From NCBI GenBank assembly GCA_964247055.1, contig OZ176056.1, positions 5,022,001 to 5,086,000 of the forward strand: a stretch of 64,000 bases of DNA, written 5' to 3'. Position 1 is the stretch's first letter. Each line of letters opens with the position of its first letter. The DNA comes from Paragordius varius (lineage: Eukaryota > Animalia > Nematomorpha). Made by a program: the position numbers and the translations under genes. Below are positions 24,901 through 35,500 of this stretch, in pieces. The notes beneath the pieces were generated by a model. The model ran no database searches. It saw nothing but the letters and a program-made list of their open reading frames with translations, and had not been told where the DNA came from.

Positions 24901-27769
24901 TTTAATGCCTAGAATTTTGTTATCCATGCATGGAATATTACTCGTATCGACTTGCTCGTTTGAATATTTAAACATATGTACACGAGGAATGATTGTTATT
25001 TTTGAATTAAACACAAATTTAAAAAAATTAAATTTTGGAAAAATCCTATTGGTAGCCTTAATTTTTTTTTGTTTTGGCCTTTCCATGCCATTAGGTATCA
25101 GAAAATGCAAAAATAATGGGGTGGTGCAAAACCTTGTTGAGCAGTGTTATCTATGTGATTTTGAAACAAATTTGGTTTATCTCAACTTAAAAAGCAATAT
25201 TTCGATTTGTAGAGCATTATTATTGGATGTCATAATCTAGCAAATATTAAAAAATAATTTCGCATGATATCGGCATTTTATAACAAAACTAGCTCACTAG
25301 ATGGGACCAAATTAAGACTTACCACATCTGGCAAATAAAAAGTCATTACATTTTTAAAATAACATATGTCATATGTTATTATAGCTGGAAAAGCATTTCG
25401 ATTTTCATAAAAAATTTAATTAATCAAATGCGCAAATTTTGTTATTTTTCGAGATAGAGTATCATTAGTAAGGCACCACAAAACCTCTTGGGGTTTCTGT
25501 TGTTAAAAGTTCTTGTTTCAGCAAATTATTTTTATGTGCAGTATATTGATGGCATAAATTATTTTATTATGAAGAAATATGATAATTTCGAAACCCTGTT
25601 TGAATTGATTTTATAATAAATCAACCATTGACTTCCTGCGGGTTTTCATCTTTAATCCTGTTAGTGTTGTTTTTAGTTATAATGTTATTATTCTTAAATT
25701 TATAATATAATTGGATGATTATTGCTATTGTGTTGTGGCTTTATTCTTTATTAAAATATATTTAGATCCTACTTGGAAAGGTTTTGAATATTTCTTTTTT
25801 CATCTGTCACATTATTATTATCCTTGTTTTGGCTTTGCTTTAAACATATTGCCAGGTTTTCAACAATTTCGAAAGTTAAGATGTTGGTTAATTCGCTTTA
25901 ATCTTAAGATGGCGGTCAAGTTCTTTACCCGCTATAAATTGTATTTAATTCTTACATCAAAAATTTCATTTTCATTATTTATGTCAGCTAACAATGGCAT
26001 TTTTTTAAGACGTGCAGAAAACACAACTATGGATTCATCCGCCTACCTCTTAGCATGAATGAATTATAGTTGATTTGTGGGAAAACTTTTATTAAGAAAA
26101 TGGTTTTTAAAAGTTATAAATTTCTCCAAAGATATATCATTCAACAACTTTGGGTAGATAAAACTTTGGAGTTTTGTCATGTCATTTATACCGAACGAAC
26201 AGATTAAATAGCTGACTTCTTCCATTTCTGAATTTATATAAAATAAAGTGGTGTCCAATATATAATTGGTAATCTTATAAACTACCAGTCGACCAATTTG
26301 CGATTGGAGTTCTTCTACCATGTGGATATTAAGGTATCAATTTATTGAAACCAAAAAAATATAAAAGTACAACACAACAATAATCACCATTTCGAATGTA
26401 TTTTATATTTAAATAAAATATAGAATAATAATATAATTATAACTAAAACCACTAGCTAATACATAGTTTTTATATGATGTATTTTATGGTGGCCGACAAA
26501 AAAAATGTATCATAATTAAAATATTAGCAAATTAGTAAAATCAAATCTAAATACGAACTATCCAAAAACAATGAAATTGACTAACTTCGCTGATTTTTTT
26601 AATATACGGCGAAAGCGGATATAAATCACAACTGTTAACGCAATCGATTCTAATTTCTTGGCTTACAAAAGTCTACTATTAACAGACAAAATTAACAGGA
26701 ATAATCTTGTTCTATACAGAAATGAATCAAACTCCATTCTTTCAAAAGTATACTTTAATATCAATGGATTTTTTGATCCAGAAACCGAAGTCCGTAATGC
26801 TATAGTTGAAACCTTTCGCTTAAAACTCATTGGCATGGATCATTTTATTAAAATTGACAATAATTCTATCATTGTTACTCAACTTAAAGGTACATAAATT
26901 TCAGTTTTTTTAATATAATTTCAAATTATTTGACATTAATTTTTAAAAATTTCAGAATAACTGATTGCAAATCATTTTTTATAAAAGAATATAATTTTTA
27001 AAATGTAAATGGTTTATATATATGATTCTTTTATGATTAACTAATTTTTATAAAAACTACGCTTAATAATTTACATTATATTCGGGCTAAAGCAACTTAG
27101 AATATGTACTTATATTTAATATGTTATGCAAAATTAAAACAATAAAATTGATTTCAATCTTATCATAAGTAAAAACTTTTCTATATCTAGAATGCAGTGC
27201 ACTAAAATTATATTTCCACAAATACCACATGTATATTTGGTTCTTGATTTTGCTGTCCCTGCTCCTAACTGTTGTTACCACAGTTTATATTCTTTACAAA
27301 AGAAGTAATGCGTTATAAAAATTCAATTTATAATAATTTAGTTACTAAAACAGTCGTTTTTTAATATTCCCTAATATTGGAATTACATGTTTAAGGAAAT
27401 AAATACAAGCAATTGTGTCGTTGGAAACAAACCAAATTTTGTAAGCCTCAAATTCCGCCCGAATTTAAACTCAAAATGATTATGAAGCATTTGAATCTCT
27501 ACGATGATGCCACAGATTCCAAAATTAGTTTATCCCAATTGACTAAACGATATTTGATTTACTTCTACAATGAATACTATGATTTTGATTATAGCTACAT
27601 TTATGATATGAATTACAATTATAATGCAACTGTGGATATGAAACAAAAATTAGATTACCCTAAATACCACTTTACTAGCGAAGGCGAATATTTGAATGTG
27701 GATTTGGTTGAGACACCATCACCAGTCTATAATTATGACAAATACGAATATCAAAATTATAGTTTGTAA
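12987..27769 (+). CDS. Single-pass receptor: signal - C-type lectin-like domain - 7 EB-type Cys modules - SEA - TM - Tyr-rich tail
   Basis: Phase-compatible GT-AG exons. Leader 12987-13056. CTLD N-half 13095-13246 (C..C...CWF...A..LC..GHL); middle CTLD exon(s) not placed; CTLD C-half 17179-17294 (GL...GCM...NC..KEYYMC). EB modules 18216-18350, 18507-18623, 18743-18877, 18943-19059, 19532-19648, 22002-22118, 22344-22475. SEA-like 22559-22737, 22762-22823, 26720-26889. TM 27191-27304 (IWFLILLSLLLTVVTTVYILYKR). Tail 27396-27769. Confidence 0.8.
14040..15010 (-). mobile_element. Decayed Tc1/mariner-superfamily transposase remnant
   Basis: Minus strand WYIPSHSFNSHDLSSD.YY resembles the mariner/Tc1 (W/L)PxxSPDL.P.DY motif; RPRT and SATISRKVSI resemble HTH-region motifs; many stops. 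Confidence 0.45.
16350..17010 (-). mobile_element. Possible Gypsy reverse transcriptase remnant
   Basis: Weak motif traces KP.RFGAFSIFNSDFKV (cf. K.DG..R.C.DFK) and YLNDMVIAANS (cf. YLDDI.I); heavily interrupted. Confidence 0.3.
17655..18105. mobile_element. Inverted-repeat element related to the 41685 element
   Basis: Left AAATTCACC repeats versus right GGTGAATTT; ends ACATCTA / TAGATGT. Confidence 0.45.
22738..22761 (+). other. 24-nt intron (SEA domain)
   Basis: GTATTCTAAATATATTATATTTAG with in-frame TAA; removal joins FIKQIQAK|LDNLL. An alternative 57-nt intron from GTGAAT at 22705 is also in phase. Confidence 0.6.
22850..26330 (-). mobile_element. Decayed Gypsy-like LTR retrotransposon (gag, protease, integrase traces) in a receptor intron
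   Basis: gag-like YLICSFG...FIYPKLLNDISLEKF..KNHF (26064-26321) and DESIVVFSARLK (~26000); broken zinc knuckle ARCGKS (~25320); QVDTS protease-like (~24950); integrase-like EIRNGILWY and GITTLSTTAQ.YFW (23300-23470). LTRs not found. Confidence 0.5.
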
Positions 27770-28133
27770 AGTCATCGTATGCAATTCAGATAAGCAGCTG
27801 TAGAAATTTTATTCTGTGATAAGCCAAGGACCTATCAATTATAAACTTAATAGAATTATAATTTTATGTACTTTCGAAAATAAATATATTTATATAATAT
27901 AATGGATGACTTTATTGAGCTAATTTATCTATTACACTTTTTGGGGCTAATAATTTGATTTTTTTGGATTTCTAACCTCTTAATAGAAAGAAAATTGGTA
28001 AAAATTGTGTTATTGCTTCTTTTTGTATAAAAATGAACATGTTCCTGGATTAATAATATGACCTTAAAAGAAGATGACCTCTAAATTTTACATGTTAGAT
28101 AAAAAATAATATTAAACGATATATTATACTAGG

Positions 28134-28480
28134 CAGGGTTGTTTAACACAAATGGTTTCGCGGCCGCATTTTCGACATAAAAAATGGCGGGCCGCATTCA
28201 AAATATATATAGGCATTAAGCATATTGTAAAATGAAAACACAGTATAACAAACAATCTTTAGTTTGTTGCTATTTGCATGGATTTATTGGAAAATATGTG
28301 TAATAATTTTGAATATTGTTAACAATTTGGAGTATTTTGTTGTATAGTTCTAAATTATTCGCGCCTTGTTCCAGTGGTTACACTAAATACAAGAATTAAA
28401 TTAAAGACCTAATTCGCTTATTTTTATTTCAATAAATTGCGATAGATTGAGTGAACAGATAATTATTTAAATTGTAATCA
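28134..28480 (-). mobile_element. hAT (Charlie-like) 3' end remnant
   Basis: Terminus CAGGGTTGTTTAAC...GCGGCCGCA...GCGGGCCGCA; traces of a dimerisation-domain tail on the minus strand. Confidence 0.4.
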
Positions 28481-30140
28481 CTATGCATACATCCTATATA
28501 TATATATATATATATTAATTTGATAGAATATGGTTCTGGGCTTACATGTATAAAATAATTATTATTTTTGTGGTTATTTAATATCAAATTGTCAAAGGGG
28601 GCAATTAATGTAGGTCAAATGCTTTACTTTATATCAATATACCCAAATACCAAATACTTTAGCTAAGAAGTATATCCTAACCACCGTTTGTATAAAAACT
28701 TAATATATAAAAAATCATACAATTATAAGAACGTTCAGCCGTAGTTTTCGATATTTGAATTAAATTTTCCAAAAATATAATATGATGACAGATAGTTGGT
28801 ATAAAATCATTCTTTATGATCATCATTTTATGAGTAAACATAAAATGATTCGTATTTAGCCAAAATGATTATAAAGTTAATTTTGTAGCATAATATTTGG
28901 TAATGTAATATATATATATATATATTAAAAAAATAATATATAATGATTATTGGTATATTATATATTTTATAAAGAGTTGCATGATAATCACATTGTACGG
29001 CGAAAATGGGGATATCTACAGTTATGTATCACATATCAATCGATAACTAAAAGCTTCAAGATAATAAATATCGAAATGATGAATGCGGTTAATCAGTTAA
29101 AACAAAAGTCATTTTAATATTTCTGCTGTTAAAATAGCATTTTTGCGACATATTAGGTTGAATAAAATTAAATACATTAAGAAAAACGCGTCAATGAATT
29201 TATTTAATAATTACCAGGATATCTTTAACGCAAAATATTAATTAAGATTTAAAATTTTTCAGTATTGAAGGAATTTTTAGGAAATAAAGTTAAATAATTG
29301 CAATCCGTCAAAGACTTTAATTTAAACACAGATACCAATGTGCCTGGCTGATTCAAATGGTGTGCAGCTTCAGCGCCTGAGGTATCCAAGAACGCTTTGA
29401 AAGATGTTAGACAAGAGAATCAATCAGGTAGGAATTTCCCCCGTATCTCAAAGTTTGTCTTTAGAGATAAAATTGAAATTTTGCCCACGCATTAAATTAC
29501 TTTACCTTGTTGGGAATTGTGGTTCTAAGTCGATAGACCCGCGTTTACACCGTCTAACTAAGGCTTTGGACTAGTTAAAAGTTTTTGTTACTTTTGTAGA
29601 TTTTGATGTTCGGTCGGATTCTTAAGCTCAGAGACTCTATCCGAGTTTAATCCAAATGTTTTCTTACCCATTTCTAATGTTTTTTGATGTTGACATTTCC
29701 TGATAGGTATTTAGAGTATATATTGTGGGATAAGTCTTGCGTTCTAACGTCCTTTTTGACTGTATCTTGCAGATCCTGGAAAGCTCAAAATCATATCATC
29801 TTTGCTAACGAGTAGCTAATACACTGCGTGTATGCAAAAAATTAATATTATCCTTTGTGTGTGTTATCAAGCGCATGAATGGGCTGGCCTACGTGTTCAT
29901 ATGACCTTACTCATTTATATACGATTCATATCCCTAATATTTAGATTTCTAAACTAAACAGCTATGTTTTTGATTATCATTAACGTCGCAGTAGATATAA
30001 TTATTAATACTAATTCAAATTTCCCTAAACTCACATGTTGTAAGTTATTTTTTATTAGATATATTTTTTATATTTGGGAATATATTAAATATTTTATAAT
30101 ATTTAGATCCTGTTGTGAAGAACGGGGTACGATCTTAACC

Positions 30141-31907
30141 CAGTGGCGAAACTACGGGGTGCTAGAAGAAGCAGTTCGGGGGGCCGAAGGTAAAACAGGG
30201 GCCCTTTTTTATTATTTATATTAAATTTGGGCCCCTTTTCTATTTTTGGGGGAGGAGGCCCAAAATTTACTACTTTTTTTATTTACAGATATGTCAGTAA
30301 TGATTGCCTGATTGTAAGTATACTGGAAAAAAAATTAAGAGGATTATTATTAATTGAAAGAAAAAAAAGCGAAAAATGCATTTTTTTTATCTCAATAAAC
30401 GGTTTTATTATATGATAATAAAAAAACACCTTTAAATTCTATCCAGTTAACACCTTAAAAAAGTGAAAATAGTTAAAAAATAAATAAATGAGTATAAAAT
30501 CTTTGCAATAATATATTCATATAGCGTATAAATATATTTTGTTTTTTAATGTAGTGTGAAAGACAATCTACATATTTTAATTTTTATGAAGAAATAGTCA
30601 AAGAAAGAGAGAGCAAAAACGCATTTTTTTCATTATCCATTAAATTTTAGCATGATATTGTTTGTTCCTTTATTAATTTCTGGCAGTTTTAATTGCGAAC
30701 AAAAAAAGGATGGAAAAAAGAAAAAGGCATTCATTATAACTATTTTCTAACATTTATTTCGATTATACAATATGCAATTTAATGAAGGCCAACTCACATT
30801 AATGTTGGCCAATTCATATTACAGCAAAGTATGAGAAATAACATTTTTCAATGCATACATCGTGAATTCATTAAATTTTACGGAATGATTGTTATTTCAC
30901 ATACTTTACTGTAAAGTAAATTGGCCAGCTGGTATATATTAATGTACATTATTTTCTAATGTTTATAACCTTTGATGCATGTTATTTTCAATTTTTAGTT
31001 CTAAAACATAAAATTTTCGATAAACTTTCACCACACACTAAAACAGGGGTCGGTCAGCGGGTCATTCTCAAAATTTAAAAATCTTGGCGGTCCGTCTGCA
31101 TATTCATATTCCATTTAATTAGTCCATTTATACATATTTATCAGGCTTTCGAACCGTGACCTGGTTCTCCATTTTTAAATTAGAGCTTCCACTTTTTCAG
31201 GACCGGTTCGAAGCCCTGTTATTAAAATTTCAAAAAAGCCATATTACCAAAATTTTATTCTGACTAAACAGCTGTGAAAAATTTATTTATCCTAATTCCA
31301 AAAATATAACTTTTAGCAATTGGTTTATATTTAATTCCCCAATGCTATTCCTAGGTGAGCCCGTATTCGCATATGTTGACAATGTGTTTATATAAAAAAC
31401 GAATATGTGAGCATGCAGATGAGCGATATAGAGAACATTCTCAAAGTTAAAAATAATTATAAATTATATTAAAAGCACGATGGCTGAAAAAAGGTTGAGC
31501 CTTTTATCGTTACTAGCAATTGAAGCGGAGATGGCGGATCAAATTTATAAAAAAGATCTAATTAGAAATATTTGCTCACGCAAAATCGAGAAAACGAAAA
31601 ACATGATTTTCTGATTTATACATGCTCTTAATTATTTAATTATTCTAAATTGAAATAAACGTTAATAAGGAATTGGTGATGGTTAGGGTGGGCGGGTGGG
31701 TACTAATTTTCATATATAAAAATACCAGGAACGCAAAACTTTTAGCCTCAGGATGCCAAGTCATGTAAATATTATCATTTTTGAATATAATATTTGTTTG
31801 CGAATCTAAGTGATATCCAGGTGAAAGATAAGTGCAAACGATTTTTTGGGGGGAGGAGGGGGGCAGTATTTAAATCTTGGGGCCCACAATTTATAGTTAC
31901 GCAACTG
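30141..31907 (+). mobile_element. Non-autonomous hAT Tip100-like element
   Basis: TIRs CAGTGGCGAAACTA / TAGTTACGCAACTG; retains only the dimerisation tail RTFSKLKIIINYIKSTMAEKRLSLLSLLAIE (~31430-31600); weak TSD TCTTAACC / CCTTAGAC. Confidence 0.85.
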
Positions 31908-32521
31908 CCTTAGACCAAAATAAATTTTGGGCATTAATAGCTTAACTTATCTAAAGGACAAAATTAGATTAAAGTAAATGTGATTAAATAATTAAAAATT
32001 AAATATCATTTACCAAAAATTAAATTAGTATTACTGCTGACTTTTCACATAAAACTATTTTTTTAAAAAGAAATCAATAAATCAATAAAGATGGAGCCAG
32101 AGAGTAAATCGAAATGCTTGTAAGGAAGGTTACCATTTTCTGCATGGATAATTAGGATTTACCTAAAAACCTATCCAAAAAATCTGGAATTGCCATCATT
32201 AGTTGTTTATTCACCTGAATAAGTAATTTGATATTCAATTAAAGCTTATATATATGAAAACAGATTTTATTATTTTCATTTTTCCAAATCCTTGATAGGG
32301 TAAACAGAATAAACCAAAAATGTAAAAATGATTTTTTTTATAACTCACCAATTATTTTTCGTTTAGAAGTATGGCCTTGCTCCATTTATCAGTTAAAACA
32401 GTTGTGTAATTCAGTATATGATAAGTTTTATAAATTGCATAATTAAGCCAATGACCCATTTATATTAATATAAAAGTCGGATCCATTTTTCCTTATAATT
32501 AATTTCTTCGTTTCAAAAAAT

Positions 32522-35500
32522 ATGATGTTTAATTACTTATTCCGAATTATAGTTTCCATAATTTTTTTAACGGGCCATCACGGTACTCAATTTAAGTAAT
32601 TTTTAACAGGTAAGCTACCAAATAGAGATGAGATTGAAATAATTGTGGATCGACACAATTTTCACAGAGCTAATACTTTTCCACCCTCGAATGCAATGTT
32701 CAAATTGGTACGTTTATATTTATAAATAGTAAGCTTAATTTGCATTGAATCAATTTTATTTCATTTCACATCAATTCCAAAATTATTGATTCAATCTAAT
32801 TTTGTTAAATGTTTACTTTCTTCAAAGTTTGATTTTAAGCCCTTTCAAATTAATTTATCAAAAAAATAAGAAATATCCTTTTAGAGAAACGATTTACTAA
32901 AAATTTGTAAAGATTTTGAACAAAATGGACCTTAATGTCAGTTCAAAACTTTTTCGACTCAATAATAATTTTTTGCGGCATTCCCCGTTCAAAAAAATTT
33001 AACTAACTCATTACAGATTTATTTAGCTTAGGAGCCTTTTTTATTGAATAGGATTATCAAAAAAAGATAACAATGTTTTGTTTAAAAAAATTAAAATTTT
33101 ATTAACGATACTCGTTAAAAGCGAGTATCTGTAAAATGGGCGCAAGGAGGCTAGGTTATTGTTTGTAAGTAATATAATAATTCAAATGTTTTATGGCATA
33201 ATCGCATTTTTTAGTATTGCGTGCCAAAAAACTCTTATATAATATTTTATTTGCCAACAAATAAAATTAATATACTCCACGTTTGTTATTGTTAGAAATA
33301 ATGTGAGAATATGTAGAGGCGTAGCTTGCATTTCTGGCGCCGGGTGCATGTCTCTCCCTAACCACTCAACCGGTTGGCATTTAAAAAAAATGACTAAATC
33401 CCCGTGGTTGGGCAAAGGTGTTGTTAAATTATTAGTATCTTAGGGTGTTGTTGTCCAATTATAATTTTCTGAAAATATGTTTTTGGGAAAGTGGAATTAA
33501 TTTAATTGAACCTTTCTATCAATTTTTGTGCGGTAAAATTTTCTTTCAATTTTCGTTTTTTATTTTTAAACCGCTAAGTTTAGGCATTCGTGATAGTTGT
33601 TATTAAATCCTGATAATAACAATAATATAATTAAAATTATTGCTTATTTGAACTATTATCCTATCCTACCCTTCGAGATTATATACAGAGCAAACAAATG
33701 TTTGGAATAAACCTTTAAATATTAAAGAAAGCTAGTATAGTAAAAAAACAGGAATTTAAACCGAAATCGTTTTAAGGTTCTGTTTTAAGTCTGTTTCTGA
33801 TTTGGATTTTTTTAATGAAGAACTTTTAGTCCGATTATATTTAGATCAAAAATCTTATTTTTTCTTTTTTTTGGAACAACAGATAAGAAAATTAGACGTT
33901 ATAATGGCCATGAAAACAAACAATATCGTTTAACCAGTTTAAACGTAACTCTAGTTCACTTACCAATAGATTTATAAATTATATTTTACTTGAAATAAGT
34001 ATCATAATAAATATATAATCATAATTTTATACCTCTCTAATGGATAATGAAATAATAAAAATAGATATTTTAAATCCAAGTAGAAAAGAGTAAGTTGCAA
34101 TTGAACAGCAAAAAATGGTCATAAGGAAAAAAAAGAAAAAAGCACGGCATAATGTATAGATGGTATACCATGTCCTATTGGGAAGAAAAATAAATGTTTA
34201 TTTTGGAATTTGATCTTATAGGCAATGGGAATCAAAAAATAAAGATTAATGAGCCATATATCCTTCGATCAGCTAAAATCAGGATAATGAATATCGAAAT
34301 GATATATGCGGTTAAAATACTTGAAAAAAAGTTATTTAATAATCAAAAAATTGCATATTTATCGCTTTGGTCAAAAATAATTAAATAAATAGATGAAAAC
34401 GTGTCAATGAAATTTTATTTGTTAAAATATAGCATAAGGATAATTCAAAACGCAAAATATTATTAATGAAAATTTTGAATTTTTTCGGAGGGTCCTAGAA
34501 AGATTTACAAGAATATAAGCTAAAAAATGGCATTTTGGCGTCAAATTTGAATCATAAAACTTCTTAATATGCGGTAAAAGATTTTAATATAAAAACAATC
34601 ATATATTAACTCTATATATAGAGCTAATATATCGCTGTCAAAAAAAATAGGCCTTATATAAAAAAAATTTTCGATAATTTGCATCTAAAGCTGCAAATAA
34701 TTTTTACAAACCAATATATATTATAATATTTTTTCCATACAATTCGACGCAGTAAAAATGATTTGGGGAATTATTTCACCCGAAAATTTATATTTTTGAC
34801 GCCATTTTGGCTTTTAATACCGGCTTTAGGAAATAAAAATTTCCCAAATCAAAAATATGAGATGATAAATCTATAATATATATATTGGATGCTTTGGAAA
34901 AATTATACGCAGTTTCGGCTTTTGTGCAAAATATCGAGAATAAAATATTTTTATATGAGGTTTAAATTTTTTAAGGGATATATTAGGTAAACTCTATATA
35001 CTAAGATAAATGATTATTTTAATGATAATTAAAGTCTTTTGCCCCATATTAATAGGTTTTCATGATTTAAATTTGACGTCAAAGTCACATTTTTTAGCTT
35101 TATTCTTGTAATCAAAAAATGTCAAATCTTTATAGAAAATATTTTGCGTTTAAAATTATCAGCAATGCTATATTTAAAAAATATAATTTGGTTGTCGCCT
35201 TTTCACCTATTTTATTTAATTTTACCCAATCGATAAAAATTGCGATTTTTTGATTATTGATAACAGAAAAATTAAAATAACATTTTTAGTATTTTAACCG
35301 CATATATGATTATAATATTCATTATCTTGAACCATTTAGCCATTAATAGATGTATGATACATTGACATTTATTTTGCTTCGAACCGTGTAATATAAATAT
35401 AAAGTCTAACATAATGGGTGGCATTGAGCAAGCAATATATATAATTTAAAAAAAATTAACATAAATTTAATAATGATCTTATCGTTATTTCTGACACTTT

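Noticed and set aside
24575-26058. Plus-strand hydrophobic ORFs resembling a decayed GPCR
   Set aside because: Better explained as the T-rich antisense shadow of Gypsy gag/protease remnants on the minus strand.
26957-26961. Alternative acceptor (TTCAG|AATAA) that would stop the receptor before the TM
   Set aside because: Any AG followed by a stop would look like this in AT-rich DNA; no support without transcripts.
32140-32162. Possible 23-nt minus-strand intron joining two short frames
   Set aside because: The joined peptide is short and has no homology support; GT..AG pairs at this spacing arise by chance.
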